DNA of 64,000 nucleotides, from the NCBI GenBank assembly GCA_035342335.1, contig DAOQWY010000016.1:11711-75710 (forward strand). The letters are read 5' to 3'. The DNA is from Bacteroidales bacterium (GTDB taxonomy: Bacteria; Bacteroidota; Bacteroidia; Bacteroidales; JAGONC01). The notes under the pieces were generated by a model that worked only from the letters and a program-made list of their open reading frames with translations, had not been told where the DNA came from and ran no database searches. How positions within the stretch are numbered: the stretch's first letter is position 1; each line of letters starts with the position of its first letter. The position numbers and the translations under genes were made by a program. Shown here piece after piece: positions 1-10,400 of this stretch.

Positions 1-562
1 ACTCATTGATACGTAATGGATTGACGATCACTTTATTATCTTTATAAAACTCCATGAAGTTGACGCCTCCAAAGGTTGCGGCATACTGGTCCTGCTTGCC
101 GCCGGATAGTTTCAGGTCGATGCGTTCGATCTCATAGGCCATTTGTGCGATGTCATATTCTCCCAGAGGAAGCCGCAGCCATTGGGTAAATGCCCCGAGA
201 ATGGTCACCACGAGGGTCGACGAAGATCCCAGCCCGGAGCCAGGAGGAGCATCAACAAGCGTAGTGAGCTCAAATCCAAGCGGCCTCTTTGTGAACTCCT
301 TTACGATCCGGTGATAGACACCAGCATGCAGGTAAAGTCCTTCCTTCGTTTCGATCTCTTCAGCCATTGCGGTGTCCAGCTCAATGTTTCTGTCGATGGC
401 ACGGATCACGATGCGACCGTCAGCTCTGGGCAGAATGGTTGCATAGGCATACATGCTGATCGTAGCGTTCAGGACGGCTCCTCCATAGCGTTCAGCGTAC
501 GCTTCAAGGTCGGTGCCACCGCCTGCCAGGCTTATGCGCAGAGGTGCCTTACTTCGGATCAT
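1..562 (-). CDS. GHMP-family sugar kinase (D-glycero-D-manno-heptose-7-phosphate kinase-like), C-terminal part cut by the window edge
   Basis: It is absent from the ORF track because it runs off the window. Manual reverse translation from the ATG at 562-560 gives [45 protein letters not shown]...[34 protein letters not shown] is the GHMP kinase ATP-binding motif. The ATG overlaps the TGA of the upstream GT4 gene (ATGA at 559-562). Confidence 0.75.
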   Translation of the reverse strand, partial: MIRSKAPLRISLAGGGTDLEAYAERYGGAVLNATISMYAYATILPRADGRIVIRAIDRNIELDTAMAEEIETKEGLYLHAGVYHRIVKEFTKRPLGFELTTLVDAPPGSGLGSSSTLVVTILGAFTQWLRLPLGEYDIAQMAYEIERIDLKLSGGKQDQYAATFGGVNFMEFYKDNKVIVNPLRINE

Positions 563-1728
563 GAACCAGGGTCTTTTCGGTTTTCAATCTCTTTCTCAAG
601 TTCGGTAATGGACAAGAGCATGTTTTCCCATGAATACTTCTTTTTCGCTTCCCTGACAAACGGCACAAATTCTTTTTCCCGCTTGTTTACAAAAAAATCC
701 TCGATCGCTTCGGCAACCTTGTCAGGATCGGGATCAACCACATACCCAGCCTTACGGTCAGGAACCATCTCTGCCAACCCTCCCACATTGGTAATGATCA
801 TCGGTTTATCAAAATAATAGGCTACCTGAGTTACACCACTTTGGGTTGCACTTTTATAAGGTTGAACAACCAGATCGGCAGCACAAAAATACGTACCAAC
901 TTCGCTATTGGGGATAAATTGGGTAAATTTCAAGATCCTGTCACCAATCTGATGCTGCTCAATGATCTGCTCATACGGTTCAGGATCGGTATAATACTCC
1001 CCGGCAAGGAGCAAGCGAACAGGAAGCGATTTAAGACGCTTGTTCCCCAGGGCATGTAAAAGTATGTCCAACCCTTTATATTCTCTGATAAAGCCAAAAA
1101 ACAGCAAATAATGGTATTTCTGATCGATACCCAGCATCTCACAAGCCGTTTGCCTGTTAAAACAGGTTCCATAGACATCATAGAGCGGGTGAGGACAATA
1201 TCTTCGGGGTTTATTCCTGTCAAAGCGATCCAGGTCCTGCATAACTGAACGCGACATGAAGACAAATCCATCGGAGCTTTTGACATAAAAGGCTGTCAGG
1301 AACTGGTCGAAGAGTTTCCGTTCATGTGGGATGATGTTATCAGCAATGGTTATGATCCGGGTGATCCTGTTCCGTTTAATAATGCGTGCCAGGACTCCCA
1401 GACAGGGGCCAAGGAAGGGCAGCCAAAAACGGATGATGACAAGGTCGGGACGCAACCGGCTGATCTCCCTCCCTGTACGTATCCAGTTGAACGGATTCAC
1501 CGAGTTGATCCTGGCCCGGATATCCAGTCCTTCCGGGGGTGGCTCGGTCGTCCATTGAGTCTTTCCGGGAAAAAAAATGGACGGATATTGTAACCGAAAC
1601 GAAAAGATCACTGTCTCATCTCCCCGTTCCATGAAAGCCTGTGCAAGGCGCTCATTGAAGGTGGAAATCCCTCCTCCCCGTAAAGGGTGTGCTGAACCGA
1701 TGATGATTATTTTTTTACCTGATTTCAT
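559..1728 (-). CDS. Glycosyltransferase, family 4 (GT-B fold)
   Basis: 389-aa ORF. The C-terminal half has the Glycos_transf_1 pattern ([11 protein letters not shown]...LLLAGE...[39 protein letters not shown]). It has a 4-bp overlap with the downstream kinase gene. Confidence 0.8.
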   Translation of the reverse strand: MKSGKKIIIIGSAHPLRGGGISTFNERLAQAFMERGDETVIFSFRLQYPSIFFPGKTQWTTEPPPEGLDIRARINSVNPFNWIRTGREISRLRPDLVIIRFWLPFLGPCLGVLARIIKRNRITRIITIADNIIPHERKLFDQFLTAFYVKSSDGFVFMSRSVMQDLDRFDRNKPRRYCPHPLYDVYGTCFNRQTACEMLGIDQKYHYLLFFGFIREYKGLDILLHALGNKRLKSLPVRLLLAGEYYTDPEPYEQIIEQHQIGDRILKFTQFIPNSEVGTYFCAADLVVQPYKSATQSGVTQVAYYFDKPMIITNVGGLAEMVPDRKAGYVVDPDPDKVAEAIEDFFVNKREKEFVPFVREAKKKYSWENMLLSITELEKEIENRKDPGS

Positions 1729-1755
1729 ACAAACAGGAGTTTTGTGGAAAACCAG

Positions 1756-2721
1756 CTACGATTTATCCGTATAACCGGTTTTTTCTTTAATCAGGTAAGT
1801 TTTTTTTTCGCTGGTACTTCTTGAAAGCATCTCCGCAAGAAAACCGGTCAGAAACAACTGAGTTCCGATGATCATGGCGGCCAGAGAAATGAAAAAATAG
1901 GGACTGTCGGCGATCAGCATGGACCGGATGCCATGGTTCAGGTTATAGATCTTCTGGGCTCCAAGATAGATGGCTGCCAGCAAACCAACCACGAACATGA
2001 TCGTTCCGATGGTTCCGAACAGGTGCATGGGTCTGCGTCCAAACCGTGATACAAACGTTATGGAAAGCAGGTCGAGGTAACCTTTCATGAAACGATCCAC
2101 GCCGAATTTGGTTACCCCATACTTTCGTTTGCGATGAGCCACCACCTTCTCCCCTATCCTGCGAAATCCAGCCCAGTAGGCAATGACCGGAATATACCGG
2201 TGCATGTCACCATGAACTTCAATGTTCTTGATCACGTCCTTATGATACGCTTTCAGTCCGCAGTTCATATCATGCAGTTTCAATCCCGACATTCTCCGCG
2301 TGGTCCAATTGTATAGCCTGGATGACATCCGTTTTATGAAAGGATCATATCTCCGCTTTTTCCACCCGGAAACCAGATCGTACCCCTGGGTCGCAATCAT
2401 GGCGTATAACGCCGGAATCTCATCGGGAGAGTCCTGCAGATCAGCATCCATCGTTATGACCACATCGCCCGAACATGCCTGGAATCCCTGATTCAGTGCG
2501 GCTGACTTACCATAATTCCGCCGGAACCGGATCCCTTTGAAATGTTCATCGCCGGTGCTGAGCCGCTCGATGATCTCCCAGGACCGGTCCGTGCTCCCGT
2601 CATCTATGAACAGGACCTCGTAAGAAAGTTTTCGGTCCCGGAGCGCTGAGGTGATCCAGGAGGCCAGCTCGCTTAACGAGTCCTGTTCGTTGTAAAGAGG
2701 GATGATGACTGACAGGTCCAT
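1756..2721 (-). CDS. Glycosyltransferase family 2, polyprenol-phosphate glycosyltransferase-like (DPM1/ArnC type) with C-terminal TM helices
   Basis: 321-aa ORF. LSVIIPLYNEQDS...LFIDDGSTDRS...VITMDADLQDSPDEIP is the GT2 DXD core. Two hydrophobic helices lie near the C-terminus. Confidence 0.85.
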   Translation of the reverse strand: MDLSVIIPLYNEQDSLSELASWITSALRDRKLSYEVLFIDDGSTDRSWEIIERLSTGDEHFKGIRFRRNYGKSAALNQGFQACSGDVVITMDADLQDSPDEIPALYAMIATQGYDLVSGWKKRRYDPFIKRMSSRLYNWTTRRMSGLKLHDMNCGLKAYHKDVIKNIEVHGDMHRYIPVIAYWAGFRRIGEKVVAHRKRKYGVTKFGVDRFMKGYLDLLSITFVSRFGRRPMHLFGTIGTIMFVVGLLAAIYLGAQKIYNLNHGIRSMLIADSPYFFISLAAMIIGTQLFLTGFLAEMLSRSTSEKKTYLIKEKTGYTDKS

Positions 2722-2735
2722 GTTCGCCGGAATAA

Positions 2736-3275
2736 TCAGGTTAAATCGCTGGCTGCTGTGTCTTTTTTCACAAACAAGGATACGATCAGGGAGAACAGCA
2801 CCGACATGATGATGCCGCTGGTCGCGCCGCTACGGATCTGGGATGCCGGGGTCAGCCGGCTCTGCATCTTATTGATGGCATCGTCCAGTTGCTCCTCCGT
2901 CATCTTGTCACCCCACTTTTCGATGAATTGGTTGACGCTCTCTTCCATCATCCCAGGTTCGATATACGACATGAAAATAAAGTTATACAAAACGGAAATG
3001 ATAAAACCTACCAGTCCAATGATCAATCCGATGAAAAAACACTGTTTGAAATCGATCTTTCCCCCAAGGTACTTGTCGCGGAAGGATTTTGCTCCCAGGA
3101 GCATGACAACGATCACGACAGCGAGCATGATGAACAGGTTCAGGAATATGAAGCCCAAGCCAAACATATTGACATCCAAAATGTAATAGATCAGGCTGAC
3201 GACAATGAGCAGCGCACCCAGGATCAGACCATAGATCAGGGAATGAACAAGCAAAGAGCGGGGTTGTGTTTCCAT
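2736..3275 (-). CDS. Small multi-pass membrane protein, DUF4199-like
   Basis: 179-aa ORF with four hydrophobic segments and a soluble loop (IEKWGDKMTEEQLDDAINKMQSR). The layout and position after GT genes match Bacteroidota DUF4199 proteins. The family assignment is from memory only. Confidence 0.55.
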   Translation of the reverse strand: METQPRSLLVHSLIYGLILGALLIVVSLIYYILDVNMFGLGFIFLNLFIMLAVVIVVMLLGAKSFRDKYLGGKIDFKQCFFIGLIIGLVGFIISVLYNFIFMSYIEPGMMEESVNQFIEKWGDKMTEEQLDDAINKMQSRLTPASQIRSGATSGIIMSVLFSLIVSLFVKKDTAASDLT

Positions 3276-3490
3276 GTTTTCGTTCTTAAGGTTGATATTT
3301 TTTTGTGGTTTAGGGGTAAGGGTAAGGCGGCCTGTTTGGATTAGGGGTTATGTTTAGAGTGGCCCTGAACTTCACCTCTAAACCAAACCGACATCTTAAC
3401 CTTCATCTCTCAACCATTTTTTAAACAAAGGTAAAAAACTTCATGCCATATAAAATTTCTATTGTTTAATAAAATTCCCTCCGGAAATCG

Positions 3491-3498
3491 TATCTTTG
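3491..3498 (+). promoter_or_regulatory. Bacteroidota-type -7 promoter box (TAnnTTTG) for the SRP RNA
   Basis: TATCTTTG ends 4 nt before the predicted 5' end of the SRP RNA. Confidence 0.45.
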
Positions 3499-3502
3499 TA
3501 CC

Positions 3503-3598
3503 GGGTAAGTCTTATACGGCCAGCTCCTACTGAACTCCCCCAGGTTCGGAAGGAAGCAAGGGTAGGTGGTTGAGCGGTGCGATATAAGGAGCTTACCC
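3503..3598 (+). ncRNA. ffs: Signal recognition particle RNA (small/4.5S type)
   Basis: The segment contains CCAGGUUCGGAAGGAAGCAAGGGUAG, which matches the conserved SRP helix 8 core with its GGAA tetraloop (E. coli 4.5S has CAGGUCCGGAAGGAAGCAGCC). The terminal helix GGGTAAG (3503-3509) pairs with CTTACCC (3592-3598) and is followed by a T-run. Confidence 0.8.
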
Positions 3599-3618
3599 TT
3601 TTTCACAAAATCTTGCCA

Positions 3619-4227
3619 ATGTTACTGCATATTCATCCTGAAAATCCGAGTGCCAGGCAAATTAAAATGGTGGTGGACTGCCTGAATGACGCTGGAGTGG
3701 TCATTTTTCCCACCGATACGGTCTATGGCCTTGGCTGTGACATTTACCAAAGCAAGGCTATCGAACGAGTTGCACGGATAAAGGGGATCAAAAAAGAAAA
3801 GGCCAACTTCTCGTTCATCTGCCACGATCTCAGTAACCTGGCTGATTATGCCAGGCCATTGAACAATTCCGTATATAAGTTGATGAAGGCAACCCTGCCC
3901 GGTCCCTTTACGTTCATTCTCAATGCCAACAGCAATGTCCCGAAGATTTTTCAAAGTAAGAAAAAGACGGTTGGCATCAGGGTACCCGACAACAAGATCC
4001 CGGTTGAGATTGTAAAGGAGCTCGGCCATCCGATCTTATCCACCTCTGTGTATGATGAAGACGAAATCCTTGAATATACAACCGATCCCGAGCTGATCCA
4101 TGAAAAATTCAAGGATCTTGTCGATATCGTGATTGATGGTGGCTACGGCGACAATCAGCCATCGACCATCCTTGACTGTACGGGTGAGGAGGTTTGGGTG
4201 ATCAGGGAAGGAAAGGGGAAAATTTAA
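3619..4227 (+). CDS. tsaC: L-threonylcarbamoyladenylate synthase (TsaC/YrdC family)
   Basis: VVIFPTDTVYGLGCDI...GPFTFIL...VGIRVPD...PILSTSV is the YrdC/Sua5 domain pattern. The start was moved from the track's 3577 to the ATG at 3619, because the first 14 codons overlap the SRP RNA. Confidence 0.85.
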   Translation: MLLHIHPENPSARQIKMVVDCLNDAGVVIFPTDTVYGLGCDIYQSKAIERVARIKGIKKEKANFSFICHDLSNLADYARPLNNSVYKLMKATLPGPFTFILNANSNVPKIFQSKKKTVGIRVPDNKIPVEIVKELGHPILSTSVYDEDEILEYTTDPELIHEKFKDLVDIVIDGGYGDNQPSTILDCTGEEVWVIREGKGKI

Positions 4228-4252
4228 GGTTGTAATATCCAGGAATATATTC

Positions 4253-4260
4253 TAATTTTG
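4253..4260 (+). promoter_or_regulatory. Candidate TAnnTTTG -7 box upstream of tRNA-Lys
   Basis: TAATTTTG lies 20 nt upstream of the tRNA 5' end. Confidence 0.35.
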
Positions 4261-4280
4261 CAAACCTTTTCTAAAAAGGA

Positions 4281-4353
4281 GATTCAGTAGCTCAGCAGGT
4301 AGAGCAACGGCCTTTTAAGCCGTGGGTCCCGGGTTCGAATCCCGGCTGGATCA
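4281..4353 (+). tRNA. tRNA-Lys (anticodon TTT)
   Basis: A manual cloverleaf fits. Acceptor GATTCAG pairs with CTGGATC (one G-U pair). D arm is GCTC/GAGC. Anticodon stem ACGGC/GCCGT carries loop CTTTTAA. T arm is CCGGG-TTCGAAT-CCCGG. Discriminator is A and CCA is not encoded. Confidence 0.9.
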
Positions 4354-4356
4354 CAA

Positions 4357-4396
4357 TAAAAAAAGAAGGCACCCGAACGGATGCCTTCTTTTTTTA
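4357..4396. terminator. Bidirectional rho-independent terminator between tRNA-Lys (+) and the 2741-aa gene (-)
   Basis: AAAAAAAGAAGGCA-cccgaacgga-TGCCTTCTTTTTTT: a 7-bp GC-containing stem flanked by an A-run and a T-run. It therefore reads as a terminator on both strands. Confidence 0.75.
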
Positions 4397-4408
4397 TTTT
4401 TTGCGGTC

Positions 4409-7400
4409 TTACCGCAGGATGAGACGCTCCACCTTGGAGATATCATCTCCGTAGAGTCTCAGGAAGTAAACTCCCTTGGGATAAGTTGCAATGTCAATTT
4501 CGGTCTTGTAGAAGCCGTTGATGCTTTCGACCGTTTCCTGTTTCAGGATCTGACCGGTGATGTCCATCAACGACAGCTCCAGTTTGCCTGTGATGTTCGT
4601 TATCTTCACATTGAACTTCGCATCCGACGGGTTGGGATAGACATTCACGGTAAGTTCGGCTGCAGGTTTGCCTGGAATTCCCGGGCAGGGATCTGCCACA
4701 ACAATCAAGGCATCGCTGTAGTCACCCTCACCGCAATCGTTCACGCCCTTCACCTTGATGAAGACCGGTCCGAAATATTCACCGCTCCAATCCACAACGC
4801 CAATGGTACCCTCCCCGGAGATCGTACCTGCTTCTGCCGGGAAGATATCCCACACATAGGACAGGGCATTTGCGGCTCCGATGGTTTGATACCAGGTGGT
4901 ATCCGTTGTGAGGACGCAGACGGTATCAGCTCCCGACGGGATTCCGGGGATAGCCGGTATAGGATCAATGAGCAATACCATCATGTCGCTGGCAGGATCC
5001 GGACACGGATCAATCGGCCAGGCAGTCAGCGTCAGATTGACATAACCCAGAAGGATATCGCTTGTACCGGGTTCATAGGTGGCGTTCAGCAACGTGTTGT
5101 CGTTGAACTTACCGTCGCCTGAAGAAGTCCATTCTGTGTAGAAGAAGCCACCGGCCACTCCGCTAAGCTGATACAGTTCATTTGCACAGATCTTATCATC
5201 GGGACCCGCATTGGCAAACGCTGCTGCTGCGATGGTCAGGACAAGCTGATCCGTAGCGTCTTCACCGCAAGGTGCCTCGGCGTAAGCTGTCAGCGTCAGG
5301 TCAACCGTTCCTGCCAGCAAGTCAAGGGTACCCGGTGTGTAGACCGGATCCAGAATATTGGCATTGCTGAAGGTTCCGTCGCCTGAAGAGGTCCATTTCA
5401 AGGATGCGTAATTATCCGCTGTACCTTCCAGTTGTGCTTCTTCCGTTGAACAGATGGCGAAATCGTCACCCGCAAAGGCTGACGGTGCTGTGGTGATCGT
5501 CAGTGTCATGGCATCGGTTGCCATACCTCCGCATGGAGGCTGTGCATAGGCAGTCAGTGTCAAAACGACCACGCCGTCGGCAATATCACCCGCACTCGGC
5601 TGATAGGTTGCCACGATCATGTTCGGATTGACAAAGGTACCTGAACCGCTTGTTGTCCACAGCAGGGAGCCATAACCTGAAGCAGTGGCTCCGTTCAGCA
5701 CATAGTCATTGCCCGCGCAAACAGCGCCGTCCGGGCCTGCAAAGGCCTGAGGCACGCCGATGATGGTCAGGGTCATGGCATCCGTTGCATTATTGGAGCA
5801 CGGGGCAATCGCATAAGCCGTCAGTGTCAGCGTGGCTGAACCGCTGGCAATATCACCGGCACCCGGTGTATAGACAGGATTCAGAATATGCGTATTGCTG
5901 AAGGTGCCATCTCCCGATGTCGTCCAGGTAAGACTGCTGTAATTCGCTGCAGTGCCATTGAGCGTATGCGTTCCTGTGCCACAGATTGTGGCATTCGGAC
6001 CAGCATTGGCGGTTGGCTGCTCAACAAAGGTAACAACAACCTGATCGCTCACGGGTTCTGTACACGGAGGAACAGGATTTGCTGTCAGCGTCAGAACGGC
6101 AGATCCGGCGGCAATGTCCGCACTGCCGGGCCAGTACTGCGTAAAGGTGGAAGTCGGATCGACAAAATAACCGTCTCCTGAAGTTGTCCAGAGTGTGGTC
6201 CATGCATTGGTTGTCCAACCCAGTGTCTGATAGTAGCCGTCTTCACAGGCAACTCCGTCATCTCCGGCATTCACAGTGGGAAGCAATCCGATTTCAAGAG
6301 TAACTTGATCTATAGCTACATCCGGGCACTCATTCATTGCAAACGCAGTCAGGGTCAGCACCACTTCACCGTCAACGATATCGGCATCACCTGGTGTATA
6401 GGTCGCAGCAAGCAGCGTGGCGTCGTCAAACGTACCGTCACCTGCTGTCGTCCACAGCACCGAACTGTAGTTGGTGGCTGTTCCGTTCAGTGTGTAGGAC
6501 TGGTTTTCACAGAATTCGTCATCTTCACCGGCATCGGCTGTTGGCAGCGGAGTTACGCTGATCGTCACCGGCTCGGTGAAGATCTCTCCACAATAATCCG
6601 TCACGTACAATTTGTACATGGTTGTGTCGGTCAGTACGCCAGGCTGGTAAGTTGCTCCTGTGGCACCGGTGATATCCATCCAGACACCGCTGATGATATA
6701 GGTGTACTCAATGGTCACCTCCACACCAACGGCTGTGCCACCGCCATCACCATAGCTGTCAATAAAGTAGACCAGCCATTGTCCGGCAGATTGCTCGCCA
6801 TCGAATGCGTCAGTCGTGAAGACGAAATCAGTGGTGCATCCGTTATTGGCAAAACCACTCCAGATCAGGACTGATGTTCCCGCAGGGGATTTCAGGTACA
6901 TGGAAACTTCGCTGTACCAGTAATCGGAACAGATCTGGTCGGCCGTTACCTTAACATTGGCAACAACCACATCTTCTGCCGGCGGGACTACATTCTGCGC
7001 CCATCCGATTTCAATCCACGAATCGGACTCATAGGCATAAGGATCTGTCAGGTCAGGATAGCCATAGCTGTAGTCATCTTCAAATTCCTCTTCACCTTCG
7101 ATGAACACCTGCCACTGATACTCGTAGTCGCCCGCACCACCGGTTACCGTAGAGGTAAGAAGCTCTGGTGCCGTATTGTAGCAGATGACCTGATCTTCCG
7201 CGATACTGCCTGCCAGAACGTCATATACGATAATCGTAACGGTATTGCTGATTACAGGACCGCAACCGTGTCCGTCGTCAACAACGACATTATAATAGGT
7301 AGTCCCGATCAGAATGCCAGGTTCGTAAGTGGGGCTGATGGCTCCACCAATGGCTGTCCAGACTTCGCCATCCTCCGACATCTGCCATAGATAGGTATAG

Positions 7401-10400
7401 GCACCGTCACCGCCGGTCACCACAGAGGTCAGTGGTTCTGGCTGCGTGGCATTGCAGATCTCCTGGTCAGCGGCAATGGTAACTTCGATGACATCGTACA
7501 CGGTGATCGTAACAGCATTGCTGGTTACGGGGCCGCAACCGTGTCCGTCATCAACGACAACATTATAATAGGTTGTCCCAATCAAAATGCCAGGCTGGTA
7601 AGTAGGGCTCACGGCTCCGCCAATGGCTGTCCATACTTCACCATTCTCGGACATCTGCCATTGATAGGTATATTCACCGTCACCGCCTGTTACCTCGGAG
7701 GTCAGTGGTTCCGGCTGCGATGCATTGCAGATCTCCTGGTCAGCGGCAATCGTAACCGCCAGATCCTCCAATACTGTGATGGTCACGATATTGGTGGTTA
7801 TGGGTCCGCAATCGTATGTGTCGTCAACAAGAAGCCTGTAATAAGTGGTTTGGGTCAATGCGGAGGGCTGATAGGTTGAAGCATGAGCCCCTTCGATCAC
7901 CTGGAACTCAACACCGTCGGTTGAATGCTCCCAGTGATACAAATATTCGCCATTACCACCTGTGGTGGTCGATGTCAGTAATTCAGGAACCGTATTATAA
8001 CAGATGACCTGGTCAGCGGCAATGGTACTGAGCAATTCTTCATATACGGTAATCGTTACCGGATTGGTAATGATCATTCCGCAGTCGTCAAACACCTGGA
8101 GCACATAGCTTGTGGTTTCCTGCAACGCCGGAGGCTGATACGTATCTTCCGTGGCATCCTCAATGGGCGCTAACGGACCGTCATCATAGATCCACCACTG
8201 GTAGGTATAATTACCCGCACCACCGCTGACGATGGAAGTAAGGGCTTCCGGAATGCTATCGTAACAGATGGTCTGATCTTCTGCAATGCTCACCAGGAAC
8301 TCATCGTATACTGTGATAGTCACAGGATCCGATATGATCATCCCACAGTCGTCAAACAGTTGAAGCACATAGCTTGTGGTTTCCTGCAACGCCGGAGGCT
8401 GATACGTATCTTCCGTGGCTCCTTCGATAGGCGCTAACGGACCGTCATCGTATGTCCACCACTGATAGATATAGTTTTCAGCTCCACCGCTCACCACGGA
8501 GGTGAGTGCAGCCGGAATGCTGTCGTAACAAATGGTCTGATCAGCAGCAATAGTCACCAGCAACTCACCATAGACCGTGATGGTCACCGGATCGGTGATG
8601 ATCATGCCGCATTCGTCGAAGACTTGCAGTACATAGCTCGTGGTCTCGAACAATGCCGGAGGCTGATAGGTGGCTTCGGTGGCCCCTTCGATTTCTTCAA
8701 CAGGTTCTTCGTCATAGATCCACCACTGGTACGTATAAATCCCTGCTCCACCAGTGACGGTTGAAGTCAGAGCTTCCGGAACAGAATCGTAACAGATGGT
8801 CTGGTCGGCAGCAATGCTGGCTTCAAATAGTTCATATACGTGAATGGTGAAGGTACAGAAATTGACGCATGTGTTTTCATCAGTGTAGGTATAGGTGATC
8901 ACGTGGTCACCCGGGCCTGCCACTTCCGGATCAAACATCCCGCCACTCACTCCTGTGCCAGTATACTCACCACCTTCAGGCAGTCCGCCGTAAAGCATCC
9001 ACGGCTCAGCCTCCAGGCATACGGAGAAATTCTCCGGACAGGTGACGACCGGTAATGGATTCACGGTGATTTCAAAGGTACAGGACCCGCTGATCAGGTT
9101 CGGATAGGTATAAGTATAGGTGATCTCGTGGATCCCTGCTCCTGCTATGGCCGGATAGAACATCCCGCCGGAAACGCCGGGACCCGTGTATATACCGCCC
9201 ACCGGTGTACCTCCCGTCAAAATGAACGGTTCTGCATCGATACACACTTCGAAATCGTCCGGACAGTTGACATCCGGTAAAAGTGTGATCACACCGTTGT
9301 CGGTCCCCGTCAGCAAGTTGACCGGAGGTGCCGGGCTGCTGATAATGACAATATTATAGGGAGCAACGGTGTTGAAATTCAGGTTGTAGGGACCGGGCAA
9401 ATTGGGTGTGTTCAGCACAAACGTAAAGATTGTGCCGTTAAAGCCCAAGAACGGTTCATTCGTCAGAGAAGAGGCAATCACCCTGAGAATATTGCCTGGC
9501 ATGACCTGTGCGAAGATCTCATGATCAACCTTACGGTCAGCATCCAGCACTGCGCTTCCGTTCACATAGGTAAATCCGGCCGGAATGGCAATGTCGGCCT
9601 GGAAGGCCACAAAATCCTGGGTATTGTCGATTTCTGCTTCAATGGTCACGGGATGATCCACCAGCTGTGAAGCATCGTGCAGGATAAACAGGTTCTGGTT
9701 TTCGATGGTAATCTCTCCGTCAATGGTTCCGGTGATCAGTTCCAGCAATCCGGTTATATCGCTGATGTGGCCATTCACAACAGGAGCCGGGTAGGTACCC
9801 GGGATCGTGGATGTATGGACCACAAAAGTGGCGATGGTTCCCGAATTTCCCAGGAAGAGCTCATTGGGATTCGCAAAGCTGATGATGCGCAGGATGTTGC
9901 CAGGGAGGACCGAGCCAACGATGGTATGGTTGACACCCTTTCGGTCAGGATCAAGGGCAACGCTGCCAGGAACATATGTGAATCCGGCTGGTAAAGGAAC
10001 ATCCAGCTGGAAACCGGCAAACTCCTGGCTGTTGGTGATCGCCACCTCGATGGTGAGGTCTCTGTTACACAGACCTGAGGCATCCAGGATCTCAATGATA
10101 TTCTGTTGTGCCAGAATGGTCAGCACGCCATTGTCCACACCTGAACAAATGTTCTGGGCATCGGCATCCGAAATGAAGGGATTACTGATCGTAGCATCGT
10201 ACAAATCGGGATCGGGGCCGGGATTCGGAGGTGTGTTGACAATGAACGTGGCAATGTTACCTTCATTGCCCAAAAATGGCGTATTCGTCAGAGAAGTGGC
10301 TAGTAACGTCAATTGCCTCGTAGCACCGTTATAGGATGGGACAATTGTATGATCCACGACTCTGTCAGGATCCAGGACGACGCTTCCGGTTACATAGGAG

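Noticed and set aside
143-817. 224-aa + strand ORF in the track
   Set aside because: It lies antisense to the GHMP kinase and GT4 genes, which have clear family motifs. Its translation is low-complexity with no motif and it uses a non-ATG start. It is a shadow ORF.
3289-3420. G-rich run with TTAGGG/TAAGGG-like words (GGTTTAGGGGTAAGGGTAAGG...GATTAGGGG) and a partly complementary downstream segment (CCTCTAAACCAAACC)
   Set aside because: Complementarity is limited to three collinear 6-8-bp blocks. The G-tract spacing does not meet a four-tract G4 rule, because one loop is ~21 nt. The signal is too weak to call a structured element, so it is noted only as a pattern.
3577-3618. 14-codon N-terminal extension of the TsaC ORF
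   Set aside because: It overlaps the 3' helix of the SRP RNA (3503-3598). The YrdC-family alignment begins naturally at the ATG at 3619.
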